This document shows positions 63,815 through 64,000 of a stretch of DNA of 64,000 bases, one piece after another. The notes under the pieces were generated by a model. That model saw only the letters and a program-made list of their open reading frames with translations, was not told where the DNA came from and ran no database searches. Location of the stretch: assembly GCA_934378145.1 (NCBI GenBank), contig CAKXXW010000001.1, positions 1,458 to 65,457 on the forward strand. The letters are read 5' to 3'. The position numbers and the translations under genes are program-made. This stretch comes from an uncultured Eubacteriales bacterium. Its GTDB lineage: Bacteria > Bacillota > Clostridia > Oscillospirales > CAG-272. Within the stretch, counting starts at the first letter, position 1. Each line of letters opens with the position of its first letter.

Positions 63815-64000
63815 ATTATGGGAGGAAAAAGAAAAAAACTTTTTGCCGTAAAGGAAATTTCGCCGCCTGCGGGCGACGACCAAAGGCTCTGCCTTTGGAA
63901 ACCGCAAGCCTTTGAAAAGGCTTGACCTAAACTTCAAAAATATAAAAAGTGAAGCCCCCACCATTGACAACACTTTCAAAAAAGCATTGTCTCCGGGTGA

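Noticed and set aside
63755-63979. A 74-aa minus-strand ORF upstream of spoIIGA.
   Set aside because: It runs through the hairpin cluster and the spoIIG promoter, has no RBS, and its sequence is low-complexity and basic.

Overview
The window looks like core chromosome of an endospore-forming Firmicute of class Clostridia. Evidence is a spoIIGA-sigE operon, HrcA with a CIRCE operator, TRTG-type extended -10 promoters, and GC-rich third codon positions that generate many long antisense ORFs; GC content was not computed. I call about 66 protein-coding genes, 2 solitary tRNA genes (Arg-ACG, Ala-GGC), one yybP-ykoY (Mn2+) riboswitch, an L20-leader attenuator with an ATT-initiated infC, and many hairpin terminators and sigma-A promoters. 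Nearly all genes are housekeeping: hrcA-grpE-dnaK-dnaJ-prmA, dprA-topA-trmFO-plsX-rnc, infC-rpmI-rplT, murD, glpK, ldh, pepT, xpt, plsY, mtaB and two P-type ATPases. I found no CRISPR array, integrase, transposase, prophage or recognisable defence genes. I cannot point to a convincing undescribed multi-gene system. The best leads are modest. (1) A 538-aa protein at 36192-37808 has a PurL-linker-like segment but lacks the SEHC motif. (2) A 236-aa uncharacterised protein starts 7 nt after the rpmB terminator with no RBS. (3) A small HTH gene and a 131-aa unknown gene are transcribed divergently from palindromic back-to-back promoters, between the sigE terminator and the infC promoter. (4) Inverted and direct partial copies of the tRNA-Ala 3' end may be a relic att site. 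(5) A divergent type IIA topoisomerase B subunit has no adjacent A subunit and is coupled to an extended plsY. All family assignments come from motif recognition by eye, and no searches were run. Several track ORF starts were trimmed to internal start codons that have an RBS.
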